Assembly (NCBI GenBank): GCA_036377715.1
Contig: DASUXW010000161.1
Span: 9,870 to 73,869 of the forward strand
Source: Gemmatimonadales bacterium
GTDB taxonomy: Bacteria > Gemmatimonadota > Gemmatimonadetes > Gemmatimonadales > GWC2-71-9
DNA length: 64,000 nucleotides
Reading direction: 5' to 3'
The translations under genes were made by a program, and so were the position numbers. Below are positions 44,808-53,540 of this stretch, one piece after another. Numbering within the stretch: position 1 is the stretch's first letter; each line of letters begins with the position of its first letter. The notes under the pieces were generated by a model. That model saw nothing but the letters and a program-made list of their open reading frames with translations. It did no database searches and was not told where the DNA came from.

Positions 44808-46117
44808 CGCCGGCGACCGCCACAGCACCGCCGCGCGCGCCCGTGGCCCCGATGGGCGGGGGCATCGCCCCCGCGGCCGGCTCGATTCGACTGGCCGCCG
44901 AGCACTTCGTCGCGGCGACGCTCTACCTGCTTGCGGGTGCCGTGGGGCTGGTGTGGATCGCGCCGGAGCTCGCGGCCGGTGCCTATCTCTCGCCGCACGT
45001 GGCCGGCATCACCCACCTTTTCACGCTGGGCTGGCTCACCACGACCGTGTTCGGCGCGCTGTGCCAGCTGCTGCCCGTGGCACTGGGGACGCCGGTGCGC
45101 TCCACGCGCGTCGCCCACGCGGCGTTCTGGGCATTCGCACCCGGTGTCGGGATCTTCGCCGCCGGCGTGGCGACCAACCGGACGATGCTCCACCACGGTG
45201 GCGTGCTGCTGGTGGCGGTCGGCATTCTGCTGGTGGCGGCGAACGTCGGGGCCGCGCTGCCGCGCGCCCGGACCCGTGACGTGACCTGGGCCGCCATCGC
45301 GCTGGCGCTCACCTATCTGGTCTCCACGCTCGTGCTCGGGATCGTGCTGCTGCACAACCTCCATACCGGCTTTCTTGGTGGGTCGCGCGTGAGCGTGCTC
45401 GCGAGCCATCTCCACGTCGCGATCGTCGGGTGGCTCCTGATCATGATCGTGGGCGTCTCGCACCGGCTGCTCCCGATGTTCCTGCTCGCGCACGGGGCCG
45501 ACACGTCATGGACCCGCCGCGCCCTCGGTCTGCTGGGGGCCGGTGTGCCGGTGCTGGCGCTGGGCCTCGGGCTGGCGCAGCCCGTGGCGGCATGGGCGGG
45601 CGCGGTGCTCCTCCTCGCCGGACTGGGCTGCTTCTACCGGCAGGTGTTTGCCTTCTTTCGTGCGCGGGTGCGCAAGCAGCTCGATGTCGGAATGCGCTTT
45701 GCCGCCACCGCGCTGGCGTTCCTCGCGGCGAGCGCGATCCTGGGACCGGTGACGCTCGCCTGGGGCGGCTCGAACCCGCGGCTCGGGACGGTGTACGTGC
45801 TCGCCGGGCTGCTGGGCGGGATCGTGCTCTTCGTGATCGGATTCTTCTACAAGATCGTGCCGATGCTCGCCTGGACGGCGCACTTCCGGGGACGGATGGG
45901 GAAGGGACCCGTGCCCACGGTCGCCCAGCTCTACTCGGCGAGACTCGCCCACGTACAGCTCGGGCTGATGGGCGCTGGCGTGCTCGGCCTGGTCGCGAGC
46001 ACCGCGGCGGGGTGGGCACACGGCGCCCGCTGCGGGGCGGTGCTCTTCCTGGCCGGCGTGGTGGTCTTTCTGATTCAGCTCGCCCGCGTGGCGCGCGGGC
46101 AGAAGGTGGCGGCATGA
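44804..46117 (+). CDS. Polytopic membrane protein with heme-copper-oxidase-subunit-I-like His pattern
   Basis: About 12 hydrophobic segments. Conserved-looking 'ITHLFTLGW', 'LHHGG', 'SHLHVAIVGW', 'VSHRLLPMF'. ATGA overlap with the Mrp gene. Confidence 0.6.
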   Translation: MTPATATAPPRAPVAPMGGGIAPAAGSIRLAAEHFVAATLYLLAGAVGLVWIAPELAAGAYLSPHVAGITHLFTLGWLTTTVFGALCQLLPVALGTPVRSTRVAHAAFWAFAPGVGIFAAGVATNRTMLHHGGVLLVAVGILLVAANVGAALPRARTRDVTWAAIALALTYLVSTLVLGIVLLHNLHTGFLGGSRVSVLASHLHVAIVGWLLIMIVGVSHRLLPMFLLAHGADTSWTRRALGLLGAGVPVLALGLGLAQPVAAWAGAVLLLAGLGCFYRQVFAFFRARVRKQLDVGMRFAATALAFLAASAILGPVTLAWGGSNPRLGTVYVLAGLLGGIVLFVIGFFYKIVPMLAWTAHFRGRMGKGPVPTVAQLYSARLAHVQLGLMGAGVLGLVASTAAGWAHGARCGAVLFLAGVVVFLIQLARVARGQKVAA

Positions 46118-46971
46118 GCAAGACCGGGACGGCTCCGATTCAGGCGAGCGACAGGGTGAGCGACGTGCTGGCGCGCGACGAGGCGCTGGTGGAGGTGTTC
46201 GTGCGGCAGTCGCCCCACTTCATCAAGCTCCGGAACCGGGCGCTCCGACGGGTGATGGCGCGGCTGGTCACGGTGGAGGACGCGGCGAAGATCGCCGGGA
46301 TCGCGCCGGCCGGACTCGTAGGCGAGCTGAACGCTGCGCTTGGGATCGAGCCCGCGAGGGGCGCCGCGAGCCCGGCTGGTGCAGCCGGTCAGACCGCCTT
46401 GGAGTCGGTGCGCACGCAGGCCGGAGCGGGGCGCCCCGCCGGTGCGCCGGTGGTCGAGGTGGACGTCCGGGAGGACCTCCGGGCGGGGCGGGAGCCGTTC
46501 TCGAAGATCATGGCCGCGGTGAGCGGGCTCGCCTCCGGTGAGGTACTGCAGCTCCGTGCGACGTTCGAGCCTGCGCCGCTCTACGCGGTGCTCGGCAAGC
46601 GAGGTTTCGTGCACGAGACGCACAACGACGGACCGGATGACTGGTCCGTCTACTTCTGGCGAGCAGAGTCGGGGGGAGCATCCGCTGGCGGTTCCACGGC
46701 CGTGTCCCCTCCCGCGCCGGCCGCGAGCGAAGCCGGACTGAATACCGGGCCCGGCACGTTGCAGCTCGACGTGCGCGGGCTCGAGCCGCCCGAGCCGATG
46801 CAGCGAACGCTCGAGGCCCTCGAGGGACTGCCGCCCGGGCACACGCTAGTTCAGATCAACGTGCGTGTCCCGCAGTTCCTGCTCCCGATCCTCGCTGAGC
46901 GAGGGTACGAGTGGGAGATCGATGAGTCGGCGGCGGATCGCGTTCTCGTGCGAATCCGCCGGCGGGGGTGA
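46114..46971 (+). CDS. DUF1858 + two DUF2249 domains
   Basis: 'VSDVLARDEALVEVFVRQSPHF...VTVEDAAKIAGI'. 'VEVDVREDLRAGREPFSKIM', 'LQLDVRGLEPPEPMQRTLEALEGLPPG'. Confidence 0.7.
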   Translation: MSKTGTAPIQASDRVSDVLARDEALVEVFVRQSPHFIKLRNRALRRVMARLVTVEDAAKIAGIAPAGLVGELNAALGIEPARGAASPAGAAGQTALESVRTQAGAGRPAGAPVVEVDVREDLRAGREPFSKIMAAVSGLASGEVLQLRATFEPAPLYAVLGKRGFVHETHNDGPDDWSVYFWRAESGGASAGGSTAVSPPAPAASEAGLNTGPGTLQLDVRGLEPPEPMQRTLEALEGLPPGHTLVQINVRVPQFLLPILAERGYEWEIDESAADRVLVRIRRRG

Positions 46972-47023
46972 ACCGCGTCACCCGGCTCGCTTCACGTCTT
47001 CAGGCAGGGAGAACTCCGAACGC

Positions 47024-47257
47024 ATGTCCACGCCGCCGCTCGAGCTCGACGTTCGCGCCATTCCGCCGCGCGAGAAGCACCCGGCCATCTTCTGCACCTT
47101 CGGTGGCCTCGCGATCGGCCAGGCGATGGTGATCATCAACGACCACGATCCGCGTCCGCTGCGCTACCAGTTCATGGCCGAGCACCCCGAGGGGTTCGAC
47201 TGGCAGTACGAAGAACAGGGGCCGACGGTCTGGCGGGTGCGTATCAGCCGCCGATGA
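47024..47257 (+). CDS. DUF2249-domain protein
   Basis: 'LELDVRAIPPREKHPAIFCTFGGLAIGQAMVIINDHDPRPL'. Confidence 0.75.
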   Translation: MSTPPLELDVRAIPPREKHPAIFCTFGGLAIGQAMVIINDHDPRPLRYQFMAEHPEGFDWQYEEQGPTVWRVRISRR

Positions 47258-47799
47258 ACGCGCGCACATGGATCGCGACCGCCGCGCTGGCCGCCACGAT
47301 CGGGATGCCGGCGCCGGGCGTGGCCCAGGCGGAGCATGCCCATGGAACCGGACTCGAAGTGCCCGCCTCGATCGAGGCCGAGCATCGGGAGATCCAAGCC
47401 GCGCTCGAGGCCGCCACGCGTGAGCCGGGCCGAGTCGGCGCCGCGGCGCGGGCCCTCGCGAAGGTGCTCGACCCCCACTTCGTCCGCGAGGAGCAGATCG
47501 CGCTGCCGCCGCTCGGTCTGCTCGGGCCGCTGGCCGCGGGCGAGCGCCCGGCGGGGATGGCCACGGCGCTCGCGATGAGCGATTCGCTCCGGCACGAGCT
47601 GCCCCGGATGCTCGAAGAGCACGGCCAGATCCGCCGCGCGGTCGCGGCCCTGCGCGCGGCGGCGCGCGAGGCGCACGCCGTCGAGGCGGAGCGCCTGGCG
47701 GAGGAGCTGGCGCTGCACGCGCAGACCGAGGAGCAGGTGCTGTACCCGGCGGCCGTGCTGGCGGGCGACGTGATCCGGGCACGGCAGGCGGGCCGGTGA
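47254..47799 (+). CDS. Hemerythrin-like (HHE cation-binding) protein with signal peptide
   Basis: 'IEAEHREIQAALE', 'LEEHGQIRR', 'HAQTEEQVLYP'. N-terminus 'MNARTWIATAALAATIGMPAPGVAQA'. Confidence 0.7.
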   Translation: MNARTWIATAALAATIGMPAPGVAQAEHAHGTGLEVPASIEAEHREIQAALEAATREPGRVGAAARALAKVLDPHFVREEQIALPPLGLLGPLAAGERPAGMATALAMSDSLRHELPRMLEEHGQIRRAVAALRAAAREAHAVEAERLAEELALHAQTEEQVLYPAAVLAGDVIRARQAGR

Positions 47800-47815
47800 G
47801 CACCCGGGCCGGCGC

Positions 47816-48547
47816 CTAGGCTTCGCCTTCGTCGTAGCGCGGGCGCTCCCCCGGCCGGGCGAGCGTCCTGAGGCGCGCGACGTCGGGGAGCAGCAGCCTG
47901 CGCCGGCCCAGCTCCAGGACGAGGCCCTTCTCCCGGAGCTGCCTGAAGGCACGAGACACCGACTCGCGCGCGGTGCCGAGCTCGACCGAGAGCGCCTGCC
48001 GCGTTCGGTCGAGGGTGACCACCACCCCGTCGGCGCGCGGGACGCCGCTCTGCTCGGCCAGGCCGGCGAGATACAAGGCCAGCCGCGCCGCGACGTCGCG
48101 GAAGGCGAGCGTCTGGGTGAGCTGGACGAAGTGGCGGAGGCGGCGGCCGAGATCGCGGATGATCGCTTCGGCGACGTCCGGATTGGCGCGGTAGAGCGCC
48201 TCGAACTCGGCCCGGGGCACGAAGAGCAGCTCGCTCTCTTCCTCGGTGATGGCGGAGGCGGGATAGGGTCCGCCATCGAAGAGCGGCAACTCGGCCACGG
48301 CCTGGCCTGGGCCTTCGGTGTGGAGCACCTGCTCGCGGCCCGACGGGCTCGCGCGGTAGATGCGCACCCGGCCCGAGGCGACGACGTACAGCCCGCGGTA
48401 CGGCTCGCCGGCCGTGAAGAGCGGGCTTCCGACGGGATGGCATCGGAGCACGCTCCGGCGGGCCAGCCGCTGCAGCGCCGCCTCGTCGAATTCGGCGAAC
48501 AGCGGGAGCCGTCGGAGCAGCGCGACGGGATCGGCGGCAGGGGTCAT
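47816..48547 (-). CDS. Crp/Fnr-family transcriptional regulator
   Basis: cNMP-binding 'FTAGEPYRGLYVVASGRVRIY'. HTH 'TRQALSVELGTARESVSRAFRQLREKGLV'. Confidence 0.9.
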   Translation of the reverse strand: MTPAADPVALLRRLPLFAEFDEAALQRLARRSVLRCHPVGSPLFTAGEPYRGLYVVASGRVRIYRASPSGREQVLHTEGPGQAVAELPLFDGGPYPASAITEEESELLFVPRAEFEALYRANPDVAEAIIRDLGRRLRHFVQLTQTLAFRDVAARLALYLAGLAEQSGVPRADGVVVTLDRTRQALSVELGTARESVSRAFRQLREKGLVLELGRRRLLLPDVARLRTLARPGERPRYDEGEA

Positions 48548-48574
48548 GGACCCAATCTAGACGGAGCCGGAACC

Positions 48575-48868
48575 ATGAGTGAGACGGAAAGCGAAGATCC
48601 GCGCACGGACGCGTTGCGCCAGGCGCTCACGACGGTGATCGACCCGGAGATCGGGCTCGACATCATCACCCTCGGACTGGTGTACGAGCTGGAGGTGCGG
48701 GACGATGTCGCGCGGGTGGTGCACACCCTGACGACGCCCGGCTGTCCGATGGAGCGGATCATCACGGACGGGATTCGGAGCGCCGCGGGGATGGTCGAGG
48801 GAGTGCGGCGGGTAGAGACCGAGCTGGTGTGGGAGCCGGCGTGGCATCCGGGGATGATCGCCCGTTGA
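48575..48868 (+). CDS. DUF59/MIP18-family Fe-S assembly protein (SufT/PaaD-like)
   Basis: 'VIDPEIGLDIITLGLVY', 'LTTPGCPM'. Confidence 0.85.
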   Translation: MSETESEDPRTDALRQALTTVIDPEIGLDIITLGLVYELEVRDDVARVVHTLTTPGCPMERIITDGIRSAAGMVEGVRRVETELVWEPAWHPGMIAR

Positions 48869-48883
48869 GTCCCGGCCGCCGGC

Positions 48884-49069
48884 ATGGCCGGGAGTGGAGG
48901 GCCCGCGGTCCAGCTCGGGGCCGACGTCGATCTCTCCTCGTCCGCGCTGCTCAACGCAAATCTCAAGTGGAACAGCATGACCGTCGACCTCGAGAGCGGC
49001 GGGACACCGCTCACGAGCCTCAAAGTGGATCCGCCGTCGCTCGGGGTGGGAGTGGGCTTCCGGTTCTGA
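48884..49069 (+). pseudogene. C-terminal remnant of an OmpW-family outer-membrane protein
   Basis: '[26 protein letters not shown]...[16 protein letters not shown]' matches only the last ~55 aa of OmpW (which ends ...DPW..G.GYRF). There is no room for the N-terminal ~150 aa. Confidence 0.6.
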
Positions 49070-49128
49070 CTTGCAGCGCTCCGCTCGGCTTGCGCAACCC
49101 CTTGTGCAGTCTTACGTTTGCTGTCCCC

Positions 49129-49199
<71 letters not shown>

Positions 49200-49208
49200 C
49201 TCCGTCCG

Positions 49209-51326
49209 ATGCACGACCACGACAGCCATTCCGACCATCATCACCATCGTCCGGCCCCGCCATCGGGGCCGGCGCCGGCCGAGCCGGGCTATCCGGAGCA
49301 CCCGGAGACGCACGCGGCGGAGCACGGCGGCGGCCATGCGGGCCACGACAAGCACGCTGGCCACTCCGTCGCGATGTTCCGCGACAAGTTCTGGCTCTCC
49401 CTGCTCCTGACCATCCCGACGCTCGTCTGGGGGCACATGCTCCCGCGAGCGCTGGGCTACACGCGGCCGCCGTTTCCCGGCTCCCATCTGATCGCGCCGC
49501 TCTTCGGCACGGCGGTGTTCCTGTACGGCGGACGGCCGTTCATCCAGGGCGCCGCGAGGGAGTTGCGCGACCGGCTGCCCGGGATGATGACGCTGATCGC
49601 GCTCGCGATCACCGTCGCCTTCGTCTTCAGCGCCGCCGTCACGCTGGGCTGGCCCGGCATGCCGCTCTGGGAGGAGCTGGCCACACTGGTGACGATCATG
49701 CTCCTGGGCCACTGGATCGAGATGCGGAGCATCACCCAGGCGCAGGGGGCGCTGGCCGAGCTGGCGAAGCTGCTGCCCAATACGGCGGTTCGGATCGCCC
49801 GTGAGGGAAGTACCGAGCGCATGGAGGACGTACCGCTCACCGCGCTGGCCCACGGCGATCTGGTGCTGGTTCGGCCGGGCGCCAGCGTGCCGGCCGACGG
49901 CCAGGTCCGCGAGGGGCACAGCAGCGTCAACGAGTCGATGCTCACCGGCGAATCCCGGCCGGTCGAGAAGCATCCCGGCGACCGGGTCATCGCCGGCACC
50001 GTGAACCAAGCGGGCTCGCTCCGCGTCGAGGTCACGGGAACCGGCGAGCGGACCACGCTGGCCGGGATCATGCGCCTGGTGGACCAGGCGCAGAGCTCGC
50101 GCTCCCGGGCGCAGGCGCTCGCGGATCGCGCGGCCTTCTGGCTCACCATCATCGCGCTCGTGGCCGGCGCGGTCACGTTGATCGCCTGGCTCGCCGCCGG
50201 GGCGAGCGGGGCGTATGCGGTCGAACGCCTCGTCACCGTGCTGGTCATCGCCTGCCCCCACGCGCTCGGCCTCGCGGTGCCGCTGGTGATCGCGATCTCG
50301 ACCACGCTCGGGGCGCGCAGCGGCCTCCTCGTGCGCGACCGCCGCGGATTGGAAGAGGCGAGGCACCTGGACGCGGTGGTGTTCGACAAGACCGGCACCC
50401 TGACGCTGGGAGAGCATCGGGTGGTCGGCCTCAGGGCGGCCGGCGGTCTCACGGAGGACGATGCGCTCCGGCTGGCCGCCGCGGTCGAGCAGGATGCCGA
50501 GCATCCGGTCGGGCGCGCGATCGTGAGCAGCGCCGCGGCGCGCGGGCTCCAGGTTCCGCGCGCGACGGACTTCGAGGCGATCGCCGGACACGGCGTCCGG
50601 GCCACCGTCGCTGGTCGGCGGCTCGAGGTGGGCGGACCCAATCTGATCCGTCGCGACAACGTCGCGATGCCTGCCGAGCTGGAAGCGTTCGCGGACGAGG
50701 CAGCCGGACGCGGACAGAGCGTCGTCTATCTGGTCGGTGACGGCGATGCGCTCGCCGCCTTCACGGTGGCGGATGCGATCCGACCCGAATCGGCGGAAGC
50801 GGTTCGCCGGCTGCATGCGCAGGGTCTGCAGGTGGTCATGCTCACCGGGGACGCTCGTGCCGTCGCCGAGGCGGTCGGCCGCGAGCTGGGGATCGACACC
50901 ATCTATGCGCAGGTGCTCCCGGAGCAGAAGGTGGAGCGGATTCGGGAGCTCCAGCGGGCGGGCAAGCGGGTCGCCATGGTCGGCGACGGCGTGAACGATG
51001 CGCCGGCGCTGGTGACGGCCGACGTGGGTATCGCGATCGGCGCCGGCACCGACGTGGCGGTGGAGGCGGGCGACGTGGTCCTGGTCCGGAGCGATCCGCG
51101 CGACGTCCCGCGCATCGTCCAGCTCTCCCGCGCGAGCTACCGCAAGATGGTCCAGAACCTCTGGTGGGCCGCCGGGTACAACATCGTGGCGATGCCGCTC
51201 GCGGCCGGGGTGCTGGCGTCGGAAGGCATCGTCCTGTCGCCGGCGGTCGGCGCCATCCTGATGTCGCTCAGTACCGTCATCGTCGCGGTGAACGCGCAGC
51301 TCCTTCGGCGGGTGCGGCTCGGGTGA
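49209..51326 (+). CDS. copB: P1B-type heavy-metal ATPase, CopB-like (His-rich N-terminus, CPH motif)
   Basis: '[13 protein letters not shown]', 'TGESRPV', 'ACPHALGLA', 'DKTGTLT', '[10 protein letters not shown]'. Confidence 0.9.
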   Translation: MHDHDSHSDHHHHRPAPPSGPAPAEPGYPEHPETHAAEHGGGHAGHDKHAGHSVAMFRDKFWLSLLLTIPTLVWGHMLPRALGYTRPPFPGSHLIAPLFGTAVFLYGGRPFIQGAARELRDRLPGMMTLIALAITVAFVFSAAVTLGWPGMPLWEELATLVTIMLLGHWIEMRSITQAQGALAELAKLLPNTAVRIAREGSTERMEDVPLTALAHGDLVLVRPGASVPADGQVREGHSSVNESMLTGESRPVEKHPGDRVIAGTVNQAGSLRVEVTGTGERTTLAGIMRLVDQAQSSRSRAQALADRAAFWLTIIALVAGAVTLIAWLAAGASGAYAVERLVTVLVIACPHALGLAVPLVIAISTTLGARSGLLVRDRRGLEEARHLDAVVFDKTGTLTLGEHRVVGLRAAGGLTEDDALRLAAAVEQDAEHPVGRAIVSSAAARGLQVPRATDFEAIAGHGVRATVAGRRLEVGGPNLIRRDNVAMPAELEAFADEAAGRGQSVVYLVGDGDALAAFTVADAIRPESAEAVRRLHAQGLQVVMLTGDARAVAEAVGRELGIDTIYAQVLPEQKVERIRELQRAGKRVAMVGDGVNDAPALVTADVGIAIGAGTDVAVEAGDVVLVRSDPRDVPRIVQLSRASYRKMVQNLWWAAGYNIVAMPLAAGVLASEGIVLSPAVGAILMSLSTVIVAVNAQLLRRVRLG

Positions 51327-51338
51327 GCCCGGGCTGAC

Positions 51339-51499
51339 TCACCACGGAAGCACGGAAGGCACGGAAGTGACACGGAAGGGGCGTCGGAGCAGTTCAGGGA
51401 GCGGAGCCCACGACGACATGCTTGTTGTTGTCACACGGAACCGTCCCGCCCCGGGGAACCTTCGGTGTCACCGCCGTGCCTTCCGCGCTTCCGTGGTGA
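51339..51499. repeat. Long inverted repeat of CACGGAAG-type tandem units (~41-nt arms, ~76-nt loop)
   Basis: Left arm TCACCACGGAAGCACGGAAGGCACGGAAGTGACACGGAAGG. Reverse complement of the right arm is TCACCACGGAAGCGCGGAAGGCACGGCGGTGACACCGAAGG (4 mismatches). Confidence 0.85.
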
Positions 51500-52815
51500 C
51501 TGGACAGGAGCGCGGGGCGGAGACGGGCGAAGACCGCGACTCCCACCGGCGTGCGGCTACCGTACGCCGGCTCAAGCGCGTCCGGGACCAGGTTGACCGC
51601 CGCCCGAGTCCCGACGCCGAGCGTGGCCCCCTGGAAGGCGGCGAACTCGCGAACGTAGCCGAGCGACAGGGTGCCGGTATCGAACTCCTCATCTGCTGCG
51701 CCGGGAATCACCAGGTCCTCGGCACTCTTCCGCACGTACTCGATTCGACCGAACACGGTGTTGGCCCGGTCGAGCTGCAGGTTCGATTCGGCCATCAGGC
51801 TATGCTCCCAGCCGCCGCCCTCGCCGCCGCGCGGCACGTGCTCGTTGCCCCCGTAGATCAGGGCGGACGCCCACTCGCCCGCGTTGCCGAACCGCAGGGT
51901 GTGCAGAACGGACGCGCCGAGGCGGCGCTGATCTTCGTCCGGATGGAGTGCCTCGGGCCGGACGAGATAGCCGTAGCTCGCGCTCAGCGCCCAACGCGAG
52001 GTCGGGTTCGCCGACACCCGGAAGCCGTACGAGTCGAGCGGGTGAAAGTCGAAGTCGTACCGGTCCTCATCGGGCTCCCGGCCGTTGAAGAGGGTGGCTT
52101 CGAGCTTCACGCTTCGGGTGAACACCCCCGCCGTCAGCACGCCGTAGGTAATGTGGGTGGCGTCGGTCCAGTGGTGCGGCAGCGGCGCGAACGGGTCGTT
52201 GAGCGCCGATGGGCGGTGCATGTATGCAACCGGTCCGATCCCGGGCTCGCCCACGGGGGCGGCGTAGACGACGACGCCGAGGCGGCGTGAGACCGGCCGC
52301 TCGTACATCGCCGACAGCTCCATGAAGAGGTCGTGCGGATGCTGCCGATCGTGGAGCGGTGCGCCCCGGTAGGATTCGCCGCTCTGCAGGAGCAGCGGAT
52401 AACCTCCCGCCCCGATCGTGAGCGGCTCGGCGCTCATCATCCCGTGGAGGTGCAGCGTGCCGGCGCCCAGCGGTCGCATGGCCATGAGCATCGCCCAGTT
52501 GATGCTGCCGAGCTGGTCGTCGCCGCGCGCCCCGCCCTGATGGTCGTACTGCAGAAAGGCATCGCCGTGCACCATCAACATCCAGCGCCCGGCGGTGAAG
52601 TGCCATGCGCGCATTCCCGAGGCGTCGGGAAGCCAGGCGGTGCCGGAACCCATGCGGGTCATCGGGATCCCGAGCGGACGCACGGGCATGTCCGGCATCG
52701 CGGGCATGGCGCTGGAATCGTGGTGCTCGTGGCCGACCTGCGCTGACAGGCTGCACGCCGGAAGCACGGGGCCGGCGGTCGCGAGGACGATCGGAAGGAC
52801 CAGACAACGGGCCAT
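51394..52815 (-). CDS. Secreted/outer-membrane protein with His/Met-rich N-terminus (putative copper-related)
   Basis: Signal peptide 'MARCLVLPIVLATAGPVLPAC'. 'GHEHHDSSAMPAMPDMP'. Beta-rich body. The last ~34 codons run into the repeat element. Confidence 0.6.
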   Translation of the reverse strand: MARCLVLPIVLATAGPVLPACSLSAQVGHEHHDSSAMPAMPDMPVRPLGIPMTRMGSGTAWLPDASGMRAWHFTAGRWMLMVHGDAFLQYDHQGGARGDDQLGSINWAMLMAMRPLGAGTLHLHGMMSAEPLTIGAGGYPLLLQSGESYRGAPLHDRQHPHDLFMELSAMYERPVSRRLGVVVYAAPVGEPGIGPVAYMHRPSALNDPFAPLPHHWTDATHITYGVLTAGVFTRSVKLEATLFNGREPDEDRYDFDFHPLDSYGFRVSANPTSRWALSASYGYLVRPEALHPDEDQRRLGASVLHTLRFGNAGEWASALIYGGNEHVPRGGEGGGWEHSLMAESNLQLDRANTVFGRIEYVRKSAEDLVIPGAADEEFDTGTLSLGYVREFAAFQGATLGVGTRAAVNLVPDALEPAYGSRTPVGVAVFARLRPALLSSHHGSAEGTAVTPKVPRGGTVPCDNNKHVVVGSAP

Positions 52816-52951
52816 CCCCCGTGCGATTGCCGGCGCCGGCCGCCGGCCCGCGGCTCCATCGAGGGGGAGTTTTCCACCCGTGTGACCGAACTCACCGTGG
52901 CCACCGCGCTGCGTCCGCATACTGGATTCTCGCCGGCACCCAGCGTGAGGT

Positions 52952-53398
52952 ATGCCCGTGTTCGTCTCCCCGAGATCGACCCGCCGCATCCTCACGCTCC
53001 TCCCCTTCCTCTTCTCACTGACCGCCTGCGGCCCGAAGCCGCCCCGGAAGCAGCTCGACAAGCATGGCAAGTCGGTGGCGTCATGGGCGGCGACTGCGGA
53101 GATGGTCGCCACCGCCTGGCTCCGCGGCGACGTGCCGACCGACTACGCCCGGCAGACGCTCCAGAGCGGCGCGAAACAGGTCGAGCGCGCGCGCAGCTCG
53201 CTCGCCCAGGTCGCCGCGGGCGATTCGCTGGCCGAGGCGGCGGTCGAGGCGTACGGCCGGCTGGCCGATCGGCTGACCCGGATGACCGCCGCACTCCAGC
53301 AGAATGATCGCTCGGCCGTGGAGCAGTCGACCGATCGGCTCCCCAGCGAAGCACAACGCATCCGGGCCCTGCGAGGGCACGTTCGGCCCGGTGCATGA
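52952..53398 (+). CDS. Hypothetical lipoprotein
   Basis: Lipobox 'LFSLTACG'. Helical body. Confidence 0.55.
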   Translation: MPVFVSPRSTRRILTLLPFLFSLTACGPKPPRKQLDKHGKSVASWAATAEMVATAWLRGDVPTDYARQTLQSGAKQVERARSSLAQVAAGDSLAEAAVEAYGRLADRLTRMTAALQQNDRSAVEQSTDRLPSEAQRIRALRGHVRPGA

Positions 53399-53540
53399 AG
53401 CCGAAGAAGAAGTCGGCGCGATCGCCACCGCCGCGGAGGCCGAGCTGCAGCGCGCGGGCTGAGAGCGCATCGCGACACCCGCCCCATGGGCCCTTCGCTG
53501 CGCTCAGGACTCCCGGGAGGGCCGGAACCGGAACGCTCTT

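Noticed and set aside
48884-49069. The 61-aa ORF considered as a functional small OmpW-like gene.
   Set aside because: It covers only the final strands of an eight-stranded barrel and has no signal peptide. It is interpreted as a gene remnant.
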